From an uncultured virus (IMG/VR IMGVR_UViG_3300042946_001372) (Duplodnaviria; Heunggongvirae; Uroviricota; Caudoviricetes), in the IMG/VR virus record IMGVR_UViG_3300042946_001372: a DNA stretch of 62,289 nt. One strand, written 5' to 3'. This document shows, piece by piece, positions 38,943 through 48,209 of the stretch; within the stretch, counting starts at the first letter, position 1, and each line of letters starts with the position of its first letter. Position numbers and translations under genes: made by a program. Under the pieces are notes generated by a model. It saw only the letters and a list, made by a program, of their open reading frames with translations, had not been told where the DNA came from and ran no database searches.

Positions 38943-39131
38943 ATGTTGATTATCGAAATAACCAAATCGGAAAATTTAGAGAAGGCTTTGAAAGTTTTGA
39001 AATCTAAGGTAATAAAGACAAAACAAAATCAAAAGTTATTGGAAAAGAAAGAATTTGAAAAGAAGTCTGTTACTAAAAGAAAAGCATTACTAAAAGCAAA
39101 ATATACTCAAAGAAAGAAAACGAACCTATAG
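38943..39131 (+). CDS. rpsU: 30S ribosomal protein bS21 (phage-encoded)
   Basis: MLII.I...ENLEKALK..K.K..KT....L.....F.K.SV.KR....KA.Y aligns without gaps to Flavobacterium-type bS21; typical opposite-strand position within head genes. Confidence 0.85.
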   Translation: MLIIEITKSENLEKALKVLKSKVIKTKQNQKLLEKKEFEKKSVTKRKALLKAKYTQRKKTNL

Positions 39132-39824
39132 GTTTTTTTCCAAACTCACTAATTTTACATAGTTCATCTGATTAAAATCCTGAGTTTGAATTTTCTCTAT
39201 AGTCTCTTGTATTTTAGATTTTAATTCCTGTTCTGATTCGTTTGTGAGGATTGTTTTTAATTTATCTATTGTAGATTCTTTCAAGTTTTGATAATCTTCC
39301 TTCAAGTTTTTACTATCTGTTTTTACCACATTCATGAAAACTTTTTTAGAATCTTCATCCATATTTGTGATGTAATTCTCTAATGTCTGATTGGCAATTT
39401 TAACCATACTAGAAACAGGTAACTTTATAGATTCCTTCAGACTTTCTTTCTCAGATTTCAAAATTTGAATGATTTCCTTTTTAGCGTTTACGCGTTCAGA
39501 TAAATTTAAATTATTTGTGTAAACTAGTGTGTCAATATTTTTGTAATTATTATTAGTAGTCTCTTTAGCAAGTTTGGGTAATTTTACTGTTGGTAAAATT
39601 CTATTGATTACAGATAATCCTTCTTCTAAAAAATCTTTAGCATCACCTTCGTTCAAACCTTGATTTGTAGATAACTGGTCATAGACAGAATAAAGTTTGG
39701 ATATTGATTTATTATTCAATATATTAGACTTAAATTCATTGATACTTTTCTTGAATTCTTTTTCACTTTTGTAAGATTCAATCAAGTGGTTTTCTATGGC
39801 GGTTTTTATCTGTCCGAATGTCAT
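39126..39824 (-). CDS. Hypothetical protein of the head module
   Basis: 232-aa ORF between portal and bS21. Confidence 0.7.
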   Translation of the reverse strand: MTFGQIKTAIENHLIESYKSEKEFKKSINEFKSNILNNKSISKLYSVYDQLSTNQGLNEGDAKDFLEEGLSVINRILPTVKLPKLAKETTNNNYKNIDTLVYTNNLNLSERVNAKKEIIQILKSEKESLKESIKLPVSSMVKIANQTLENYITNMDEDSKKVFMNVVKTDSKNLKEDYQNLKESTIDKLKTILTNESEQELKSKIQETIEKIQTQDFNQMNYVKLVSLEKNL

Positions 39825-39847
39825 TACTGTAGGTTTACAAATAAATA

Positions 39848-41677
39848 TTAGGAATTTAGTAACTTGTCTAACTGCTTGGTAATTTCACCCAAAGAATTTT
39901 GCCCATGTGACAAATCTATGTTGGTTGAACCTTCAATAAAGTTATTTTCAACTAAAATGTTCAGTTCTTTAGATTTAGATTCCGGTGTAACTTCGCCTCC
40001 TTCGGGTGGTGCTTCCCCACCAGCAGGTTCTTCAGGTGTGGGTGGTGATGGCGGTGACATTGGTTCTATTCCTGAAGGTTCAAATCCACCTCCAGTTTCG
40101 GTTGCAGTTTGAGTTGGTGTTCCTCCCGTTGTTGACCCGTATAATTTATCTAGATTATCAAATATTCCCGTTTTGGTAATAACTGTTGGAGTGGCTTTCA
40201 ATTCTTCACCGACCGCTCTCTCCAATCTCTGTTGTTGTAAATCTAATTTGACTTCATCGTCTGACCAACCAAAAATATGTTTTTTAGCCCATGTTGTAGA
40301 GGTTGCTGAAATTCCACCTCCAGGGTCAGATACCATGTCTTTATAAAGTGTAACTTTTTCTTTCCAGACATCAATTTTGAGTAAATCAGCTTGAGTGGAT
40401 GGATTAGTAAGACCCAAAGTAAAATTATCAAGTTCATCTTCAAAACCTAAAAGAAACAGATGAACAATTGCAATTTTATTCAGTTCCTGTAACATACTTT
40501 TTTGAATCCTGTTTATTGTTCTGGCGAACCTAATATCCTGCAAAGAAAGATTCTTACCGTCACCCACAACTTCTTCAAACCCTAAAAACGCTTTGGGTAC
40601 TCTTAAAGCTGTCAACAGTTTTTTCTGAATATATTCAATATCCGCAATTTCTGATAGATTTTGTGCACCAGGCAAGGTATCTATTGGACTAGGTGCTGCT
40701 GGGTCACGTACAGGTACAAAATAGTCTTGGTCAACGGCCATCTGATTGAATCTCATATCCACTTGACCTGTCTTACTGTCAACAATTTGTTCTCTCTTGA
40801 ATTTGTTTGCCACACGTTGTACATACGCTTCAACATCGTCATCATTCATGTTTCCGACAAATACCTTGAATATCCTTCTTTCTGGAGCTCTCGAAGTACG
40901 ATAAATCAACATCGCATCTTCGGATAACAATAATTGTTTCCAAATTCTTCTGGCTTTTTCAAGCATTGAAGTTCCGTATGGTAGCCTTCTATCATCACCC
41001 AACAGTCTAAAGTGAGCAATTTCCCAAGACTGAAAAGTCATGTTTTTATTTTTCCAATCGAAGTGAAGTGCTTTTCTATCTTCAGGTCTATCGGGTTCTA
41101 CTGTAATTTTTTGTGAAGTACCAACTTCTCTTCTCTCAATTTCGATTGTAGGTAGTTGTTGACAACCAACAATTCCCTTTTCTGGGTCGAGTTTGAGGTA
41201 AACAAAGTTATCACCATACTTACATGTATTTCTTGTCCACATTGGTAAATTGGTGTTGATATCCAATGTATTGTTGAAAAGGTCGGCTAAAACTGATTTG
41301 ATTCTTTTTGATTCTGAATAAATCTGTAATATGAAACCATCCTCATTGGTAGTTGTTGATTCCTCAGCATAAATGTCCAACGCCGCAGAAATTTCAGGTG
41401 TATACTCCATAGACTCATAATCATATTGTGCGGAGAGTCTTGATGGTTCATAATAAATGGCTTGAGAATATAAATTGTTTTCAACTTTAGCCCATTGATT
41501 TGCTAAATAAAAACTTTGTTGTGCTTGTAATTTTTCCCTTTCGTATTCAGCTCGGTCGGTGGTACGTAGTAATACTTTTTTATCAAACTTATATGTAGGA
41601 TAATCCTGACCTAATAAAGAATTGGGTCCAAAGGTTTTGGATAACCTCTGCCAAATAGTTAAATTCTGTTCACTCAT
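39848..41677 (-). CDS. Portal protein (T4 gp20-like)
   Basis: EDAMLIYRTSRAPERRIF.V.VGN, QDYFVP.R, IDTLPGAQNL..I.DIEY..KKL..ALRVP. Confidence 0.95.
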   Translation of the reverse strand: MSEQNLTIWQRLSKTFGPNSLLGQDYPTYKFDKKVLLRTTDRAEYEREKLQAQQSFYLANQWAKVENNLYSQAIYYEPSRLSAQYDYESMEYTPEISAALDIYAEESTTTNEDGFILQIYSESKRIKSVLADLFNNTLDINTNLPMWTRNTCKYGDNFVYLKLDPEKGIVGCQQLPTIEIERREVGTSQKITVEPDRPEDRKALHFDWKNKNMTFQSWEIAHFRLLGDDRRLPYGTSMLEKARRIWKQLLLSEDAMLIYRTSRAPERRIFKVFVGNMNDDDVEAYVQRVANKFKREQIVDSKTGQVDMRFNQMAVDQDYFVPVRDPAAPSPIDTLPGAQNLSEIADIEYIQKKLLTALRVPKAFLGFEEVVGDGKNLSLQDIRFARTINRIQKSMLQELNKIAIVHLFLLGFEDELDNFTLGLTNPSTQADLLKIDVWKEKVTLYKDMVSDPGGGISATSTTWAKKHIFGWSDDEVKLDLQQQRLERAVGEELKATPTVITKTGIFDNLDKLYGSTTGGTPTQTATETGGGFEPSGIEPMSPPSPPTPEEPAGGEAPPEGGEVTPESKSKELNILVENNFIEGSTNIDLSHGQNSLGEITKQLDKLLNS

Positions 41678-41714
41678 CTTTTAATTTTACTTGTCTAATC
41701 AATAATATAAATAG

Positions 41715-43478
41715 TTATTTAGCTCCAAATAACCATCCATATTTTTGATAATCGGCCTTAGTTGGACCATTTGTAGGATACATACCTGAGTTACGATTAG
41801 ACTGTGGAACCATCGGGTTGAAATAATCTGATGTATTTTTATTTTCATTCACGGTCGATGTCCAAGAATTCAACATTGCCTTGGTATGATTGACAACTTT
41901 TTGTATCGATTGGAATGATTTTTCTGCAACATAAATTGCCATGGATATAGCCATAATACAATCATCGTGGTGTCCCTTTTGATGGTCAGGTCTACCATTT
42001 ATGAAGATGAAAGTATTCATTTCATTATATAATCGATTAGAATAAATTTTGAAATCATGTCGCACCGCTTCCTCAAGCGATGCAATAATTTGAACCCTTT
42101 TAGAATTAAAATTTATACCAGGTATTTTTTCATTTGCTTTAGGGTCCCACTTCCATTTCTTGTTCGGGTCTATGTTGTCAACATACAATCCACCTTCATA
42201 ATTCAATTCTTGCATTTTACGGGCAGTTGAAATTCCCATCCCACCAGTTATATCAATCACACAAAAGGCTCTATACATAGTACCCCACTTATAAGCAATT
42301 TCAGCAAGTACATCTGGTGGGATTTTACCGACGTATTCCAAAACCTGTTCTTTTGTGTCAAAATCAATAATCTCAATACATGAGAAATCTTCTGAATCTC
42401 CTCTTGAAACATCCACCCCCATAACGTACTTATGATTATTTTCAGGCTCTTTGAATATCCACAATGAGCTTCCCATCAATTTAGCTTGAGGTTCTCTAAG
42501 GCTATTCTTAGCAATATTTTGCATCAACTCAGATTCAAAAACATTGTCCCCTGACCCCAAGAAATTACACTCCAATTCTTGTGCAACTTTTCTTCTGTCA
42601 AATTTCAATTTTTTGACCATTCCCTCAAACCAAGCAGAACATGGTTTATAACCCTTATTGATGTAATCTGTGGTTATTGAATGGTCTCTCTCATATGGAT
42701 TATCTATTGAGAGGTCAACTACAACGTCTTTGGGATAATCTTCTCTATTCAATAAAAAATGAACGAGGTCATTAGTTTTGACCATGAACAAATCCTTGGT
42801 ATATCTTGGGTCTCTATACCAATACATCTCCGAGATTTTAAACTCATTCATTCCTCTCAATGCTTGGTCATAAATTTCATAATAGATTGGGTCATATCCG
42901 TTAGGGGTTGAAACAACTATCACTTTACCACCTGTTGATAGAGATGCCATACAAGCAGACCAGAAATCATTATCTGCTTCAATGAACGCAGCTTCGTCAA
43001 AAATCAATATTGTTGGCGTGTAACCACGTAAGGCGTCCTTGGATGTTGCAACCGCTTTAACCTCACAATCATTCGAAAGTTTGAAATGTCTTTGGGAGTT
43101 TTTTTCTGCAGAAAAACCGATACCAACCCATTCTGGCCATTGTTCAGTGAATGACCTTATTTTGTTAGCCATCTCGACAGAAGTGTCAAGTTTGTTGGCA
43201 ATAATTAGAATTTTTTCAGGTTTTTGTTTTTTTGCAAAAACTAATTTTTTTGATGCCCAAGCGGCAGTTACAGTAGAAACACCCGCCTGTCTATATTTCA
43301 GAGCAATGTTTTCGTTGTACGAATCATAATCTTCAATCAATCTTACTTGGTCAGGAAATAAATCTAAAGGGACATATTTTGATACGGTGTTATCGTAAGT
43401 TTGTAAATATGCTTTGAGTGCATAGGGAGTATTCCTCATACACTTTGTATATTCAATAATTAGTTGTTCTTTTGTCAT
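41715..43478 (-). CDS. Terminase large subunit
   Basis: KYRQAGVST Walker A, ILIFDEAAF Walker B, STPNG, MGVDVSRG, HHDDCIMA nuclease motifs. Confidence 0.95.
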   Translation of the reverse strand: MTKEQLIIEYTKCMRNTPYALKAYLQTYDNTVSKYVPLDLFPDQVRLIEDYDSYNENIALKYRQAGVSTVTAAWASKKLVFAKKQKPEKILIIANKLDTSVEMANKIRSFTEQWPEWVGIGFSAEKNSQRHFKLSNDCEVKAVATSKDALRGYTPTILIFDEAAFIEADNDFWSACMASLSTGGKVIVVSTPNGYDPIYYEIYDQALRGMNEFKISEMYWYRDPRYTKDLFMVKTNDLVHFLLNREDYPKDVVVDLSIDNPYERDHSITTDYINKGYKPCSAWFEGMVKKLKFDRRKVAQELECNFLGSGDNVFESELMQNIAKNSLREPQAKLMGSSLWIFKEPENNHKYVMGVDVSRGDSEDFSCIEIIDFDTKEQVLEYVGKIPPDVLAEIAYKWGTMYRAFCVIDITGGMGISTARKMQELNYEGGLYVDNIDPNKKWKWDPKANEKIPGINFNSKRVQIIASLEEAVRHDFKIYSNRLYNEMNTFIFINGRPDHQKGHHDDCIMAISMAIYVAEKSFQSIQKVVNHTKAMLNSWTSTVNENKNTSDYFNPMVPQSNRNSGMYPTNGPTKADYQKYGWLFGAK

Positions 43479-43484
43479 TCAGAA

Positions 43485-44798
43485 TCATTTGGGTCGACTT
43501 ATACCCAAATTACTCAAGAAATCATCCAAATCATCATCGTCATCATCGGAATCACCATCTTTGTTCTGGTCTTCCAAATAGTCATCATATTCTTTTTTCA
43601 ACTCCATAGCCTTTTTCATAATCTCTTGAAAACGTTCTTTAGCTTTGGAAACTTTGGCATTGTCATTTGAAATGGTGTTACCAATAATTTGAAGAAATTC
43701 GCGAGCTGGAATTTGGTATAATTCAATTTCGAACCAGTTTATTAAACCTTTATTGTCTGAATCGAACATTTCGTCAGGTAAGGCAAATCTAATTTTTTCA
43801 ACAATTTCAGGTCCTAATCTCAACTGCATGGGTTCGTTAGATAAAACATCAACGGCACCTTTTACCTTTTCACGCATTTGAGGGTCTTTCGGAAGACCAA
43901 ATCTAGCATTAGCTTTTTTAATTCCTTTAATAATCTCATGACATAAAATCGGAAAGAATAAACCTTCAGCTACTATTTTTGTATCGGGTTTCTCTTGAGA
44001 TTCTTCTTCTCCTTCTCCGCCTCCCTCGTCGTCTGCATCTTCTAATGATACTTTACCGGCAACACCATTTCCTGTGGCAGACATTTGTTCAATCATCTGT
44101 TCCATAGTGAAATACAATAAATCATTTACTGCCATAACACCCAAGTAAGCAGGAAACAATCTTGAGTCTATTGCATCCAACTTTCTTTTAACTTCAGGCT
44201 TTTGGAATAAATAATGTCCTTTTTTTGCAGCACCTTGTACAACAGCGTTTATAATATTTCTTTTATGTTTTTCTAATTCGAGTTCTTCTTGTGGAGTTAA
44301 ATTTTCAATATCGAAGTCGTCGAAACTTAAAGTTTGTTTTTTTTCCTCGTCATCCTCTTCTTCCTCATCTTCAGGTTCTTCTGGTTCATATCTGAAATTA
44401 TTTACGTCAATAGGTTCTCTATTTAACATTGCTTCAATTTGATACCAACCTTCAGGAGTCTCAGTTTCTTCAAGTGATACATCTGTAGCTAACTTTTCAA
44501 GTTCCTCTTTGTGTTGGGACTCAATTCTCAAAATCATAGGAACCTTACTCATCTCCTCCATGTAAATCCTTTGGATTACATTAGGAGTTAGTCTTTCCAT
44601 ACCTTTGACTTGACGTAATTTGTCAACAACTTTCTTAAATCTTTCTGTTGCGAGTCTTTCCACATCTTCAGCACCTTTTTGGAATGCCGGAGAACTTGCA
44701 TATAAACCCTCAGGACTTGAAAGTTTTCTTTCTAAGTTTGGGTCCATCCTTTCAGGATAGTTACCATAATCAATTGCTTCTGATGTTCTTTTTCTCAT
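43485..44798 (-). CDS. Hypothetical protein (acidic patches)
   Basis: 437-aa ORF in the late operon. Confidence 0.7.
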   Translation of the reverse strand: MRKRTSEAIDYGNYPERMDPNLERKLSSPEGLYASSPAFQKGAEDVERLATERFKKVVDKLRQVKGMERLTPNVIQRIYMEEMSKVPMILRIESQHKEELEKLATDVSLEETETPEGWYQIEAMLNREPIDVNNFRYEPEEPEDEEEEDDEEKKQTLSFDDFDIENLTPQEELELEKHKRNIINAVVQGAAKKGHYLFQKPEVKRKLDAIDSRLFPAYLGVMAVNDLLYFTMEQMIEQMSATGNGVAGKVSLEDADDEGGGEGEEESQEKPDTKIVAEGLFFPILCHEIIKGIKKANARFGLPKDPQMREKVKGAVDVLSNEPMQLRLGPEIVEKIRFALPDEMFDSDNKGLINWFEIELYQIPAREFLQIIGNTISNDNAKVSKAKERFQEIMKKAMELKKEYDDYLEDQNKDGDSDDDDDDLDDFLSNLGISRPK

Positions 44799-45631
44799 TT
44801 TTTTCTCAACATTTTCATTATTGTAGAAATCACTTTCTTTTTAGCCTTTTCAGGTTCCACGGCCATTGGTGCCTCTTTTTCGCCCGGATTTGGATTTTGT
44901 CCAGGTCTCATTGGTCTAGGTTTTGGTTTCGTAGGTGTAGCCGGTTTCGTAGGTGTAGCCGGTTTCGTAGGTGCTACAGCAGGTTCTGACTCTCCCAAAT
45001 ATTTCATGAGTTCTCTTTTTGTTATTTTTGGAGAAAGATGTCTTTCTACAATTTTTTGAATTTCAGTTTCCAAAAACAAAGATACATTTTTTTTACTCTC
45101 TTCCAAAGATTTTTTTACTCCCATGACACAACTTTCATATTTAGCTTTTTGTTTCTTAGTCCATTCACTTCTTTCTGAAGTTCCGAATTCTTCACCCATT
45201 TTTGCAGTGCATATCGCCCACGGGTTTTTTTCTTTTTTCTTTTTAGATTCTTCAATAGATTCGAAATTATACATACCATCATCATTCATAGAAGGGTCTT
45301 CTGTTTTGTCAGGACCAAAACCATCATTAGAACTAGGTCCTTCTTGCTCAGGGTCTTGAGTTTGTTTCTTTTGGTTAGGGTCCATCGTAACTTCTTCCTC
45401 CTCCTCTAACTCCTTCTCTATCATCTGAACAGGAACACCTTGTGTTGTCAAATTTTTCACGGTTTGTATTGCGTTCGGAGTGGTACTTTTAATTTGCACC
45501 ATAGCGGCTTTGGTTTGTTCTCCCAACAACTTTGAGTGTAACAAATTTATTTCCGATTCGCTCAACTTTAGAACGGTTTTGGAAGGAATTCCTTTCTCGA
45601 TTAGTTCTAATGCTTTAATTTTAATTTTCAT
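44795..45631 (-). CDS. Hypothetical protein (NPWAICTA motif, PTKPAT repeats)
   Basis: ATG at 45631 is more likely than the track start; 18-nt repeats near 44925-44975. Confidence 0.65.
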   Translation of the reverse strand: MKIKIKALELIEKGIPSKTVLKLSESEINLLHSKLLGEQTKAAMVQIKSTTPNAIQTVKNLTTQGVPVQMIEKELEEEEEVTMDPNQKKQTQDPEQEGPSSNDGFGPDKTEDPSMNDDGMYNFESIEESKKKKEKNPWAICTAKMGEEFGTSERSEWTKKQKAKYESCVMGVKKSLEESKKNVSLFLETEIQKIVERHLSPKITKRELMKYLGESEPAVAPTKPATPTKPATPTKPKPRPMRPGQNPNPGEKEAPMAVEPEKAKKKVISTIMKMLRKK

Positions 45632-46022
45632 ATACAACTTTCTTTTCAAATTCGAGAATCAAATCTCTTTCGTATAATTTATCTTTTATAACTTGCTCTG
45701 ACTCTCCAAACCTGAACACCATTCTCTTCTGACCTCTTACTTCCTCAGGTTCCCATGCCATCGCAACTACATCATCCAAGGCATCTATCATACAAAAAAA
45801 ATCGGAGTTCTGAATCAATTCCAATTTAACATCAGTATTTCTCAAAACTCCTACCTTTTTTATATATTTCAACTCGGGAGGTAATGGATAACCATTACTT
45901 GGTTTTGATTCCCAATTTTCTCCCCAAACGTCTTCCAAATTTTCGTCCGAAAATATGAATTCGTAAATGTTATCCCCTTTATAATTGGGTCCTAAACCAT
46001 TTACGAAAACCAATTTACTCAT
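45621..46022 (-). CDS. Hypothetical protein
   Basis: 133-aa ORF. Confidence 0.7.
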   Translation of the reverse strand: MSKLVFVNGLGPNYKGDNIYEFIFSDENLEDVWGENWESKPSNGYPLPPELKYIKKVGVLRNTDVKLELIQNSDFFCMIDALDDVVAMAWEPEEVRGQKRMVFRFGESEQVIKDKLYERDLILEFEKKVVYEN

Positions 46023-47302
46023 AAAATTTCTCCCTCTGGGGATATTTTAATTTGTTTTTGGTTATTCTCGAAAACTATATTTTTTTTATTAGTTTTACCT
46101 ACAACGTTAAAAGAAGGGTTTGCTCTCAAAAATTTTTCTGAAACTAATTCTTGTTTGACAGACTCAGAAAGTTTCACTACTTCAGTCATTTTTTTTCTTA
46201 AAGTAACTTCTTGTATTTTACTTTTTCTTTCTTTTTTTTCTCTTGATTCCAAGATTTCCTTCTTTGTAATTTCAAAATATTTCGATAAAACTTTATCTAC
46301 TTTTGATTCTTTGAAGATACTGTCAAGTATTGAACCATTTCCAACATTCATTTCTCCCATTTCAGATTTTGGTTCATCCATATCAGCTTGAATGTCCTCA
46401 ACCTCTGAATCAGAACTAATATCTTCATCATCCATTGACAATTCATTGTCAGACATATCCATATCTCCTTCAGGTCTCTCCTCAGCTTCTTCAAATTTTG
46501 ACATGATATCTTCTTTATCTTCTTCAGATAGATTTTTCAAATCCAAAGCAGAAAGAACCATATTTATCACATATTTGATATCTTCTGAAGTCATTCCGTC
46601 TTGAGCATCAAACTCTCTAATTTTTTGTGTAAGTTTACCTGTCAACTTTTGAATGGTCTTAAATGTCACCATCTCTTCTGACGCAGCCGATTCATCACCC
46701 ATAGCGTCATCCATTTCAGGTTCTCCCTCAGGAGCAGATTCACCACCATCCAATTCTAAATCATCCATACTAGCACCTAAATCAATTTCACCATCAGGCA
46801 TTTCCTCAGCACTCATGTCAACCTCCTCTTCACCTCCGACAGGTGAATCAGGTAATTCTGGTTGCGGAACTGCTGGTGGTTCTGCAGGTGGTGCCGGAGG
46901 TTCTACTGCCTCAGGCTCAGGTTTAGGAGTTTTCAAAACAAATTTCTTTTGTTCTCCATATAATTCAACCCCATTCTCATTCTCATTTAATCTATTCAGT
47001 TCACCTGCCAATAGATTTAATCTTTTGAATGCTTGGGAATATGAGGAAAAATATTTTCTGTTTTTCATAGGCTCAATGTAATCTAACTGAGATTCAGAAA
47101 CTACTTTCTTGATAATGTATCCTTGTTTTTCTTTTACAATCTGATAGTCATTACCGTCAGCTAAATTTATTGAATATACTGATTTTGCATTTTCATTCAC
47201 GGAACTTGGAATTGTTTCGTTGTACTTTGCAATTTCAAGAATTCTTTTGATTTTGTCTTGACCTGTGAGTTTTTCACTCCCTATTGGTTTTAAGTCTCCC
47301 AT
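46019..47302 (-). CDS. Acidic, scaffold-like hypothetical protein
   Basis: 427 aa with Asp/Glu/Pro-rich low-complexity segments. Confidence 0.65.
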   Translation of the reverse strand: MGDLKPIGSEKLTGQDKIKRILEIAKYNETIPSSVNENAKSVYSINLADGNDYQIVKEKQGYIIKKVVSESQLDYIEPMKNRKYFSSYSQAFKRLNLLAGELNRLNENENGVELYGEQKKFVLKTPKPEPEAVEPPAPPAEPPAVPQPELPDSPVGGEEEVDMSAEEMPDGEIDLGASMDDLELDGGESAPEGEPEMDDAMGDESAASEEMVTFKTIQKLTGKLTQKIREFDAQDGMTSEDIKYVINMVLSALDLKNLSEEDKEDIMSKFEEAEERPEGDMDMSDNELSMDDEDISSDSEVEDIQADMDEPKSEMGEMNVGNGSILDSIFKESKVDKVLSKYFEITKKEILESREKKERKSKIQEVTLRKKMTEVVKLSESVKQELVSEKFLRANPSFNVVGKTNKKNIVFENNQKQIKISPEGEIL

Positions 47303-47325
47303 TTTTATATTGTTTTTTAAAAGTT

Positions 47326-48165
47326 TTAATTGTTGAGTCCGTCAAATCCTCCTAATGTTATGGCATTTAGCTGTATTACCTGAATTGTGTTACCATTAGG
47401 TAAATCCGCAGCATATCCTGGATGTGGTACTAGTGTACCAGGTGGTAATGTTCCCCCACTAAATGAACCAAGCATTTCCGCAGTATATTCATAGTTTTGG
47501 TTTACTGATATACCACTATAAAATGGAGTTTGGGTGGGTGTTGGTGTTTGGGTTGGTGTCGCTGGAGGGGTACCTGTTTGTGTAGGCGTTGGAGTATTAG
47601 TTTTGGTTACAGTTGGTGTTGGTGTTGGAGTAACCGCTGAAGTTCCAGTTTGTGTTGGAGTAGCAGCAGGTGTACCTGTTTGTGTGGGTGTGGGTGTGTT
47701 GCTAGCAGTAATTGAAGGTGTGGGTGTATTACTGGCTGTAATTGAAGGTGTAGGTGTATTAGTTTTTGTTGGAGTATTCGTTGTTGTCACCGATGGTGTT
47801 GGAGTTTTTGTTGTTGTCGGTGTGACACTTGGAGTCCCTGTAGGTGTTGAGGTCACATTTGGGGTGTCGGTTTGAGTAGGTGTTGGTGTTGGGGTTTTAG
47901 TCTGTGTCACTGATGGGGTCGGGGTAGGTGTAACAATGGCTAAACAAGTCCCACAATCAACATGATTGATAGACATGAAGTTTACAGTATCAGTTCCTGT
48001 GGCTGGTTCTGCATAATCAATTATCTCATAACATCCCTCTTGAGTTGCACCCGTGAACCTCAAAAAATAACAACCATTTACAGCAGGTAAATTACTACTA
48101 TCAAAATCAACTAATATTGTTGTTCCGCCAAAACAAGGTGCTATTTGGTATGTTAATAAAGCCAT
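47326..48165 (-). CDS. Thr/Pro-rich (mucin-like) putative virion protein
   Basis: ~135-aa (TP/TxTP) tract between small Cys-containing and C-terminal domains. Confidence 0.7.
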   Translation of the reverse strand: MALLTYQIAPCFGGTTILVDFDSSNLPAVNGCYFLRFTGATQEGCYEIIDYAEPATGTDTVNFMSINHVDCGTCLAIVTPTPTPSVTQTKTPTPTPTQTDTPNVTSTPTGTPSVTPTTTKTPTPSVTTTNTPTKTNTPTPSITASNTPTPSITASNTPTPTQTGTPAATPTQTGTSAVTPTPTPTVTKTNTPTPTQTGTPPATPTQTPTPTQTPFYSGISVNQNYEYTAEMLGSFSGGTLPPGTLVPHPGYAADLPNGNTIQVIQLNAITLGGFDGLNN

Positions 48166-48209
48166 CTAATTTTTCTTTATAAATATAGTAGTTTTGAGAA
48201 ATAATCTAA

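Noticed and set aside
41715..43478. Intein or intron in terminase/portal/capsid genes
   Set aside because: Lengths are normal, the ORFs are uninterrupted and no intein terminal motifs are seen
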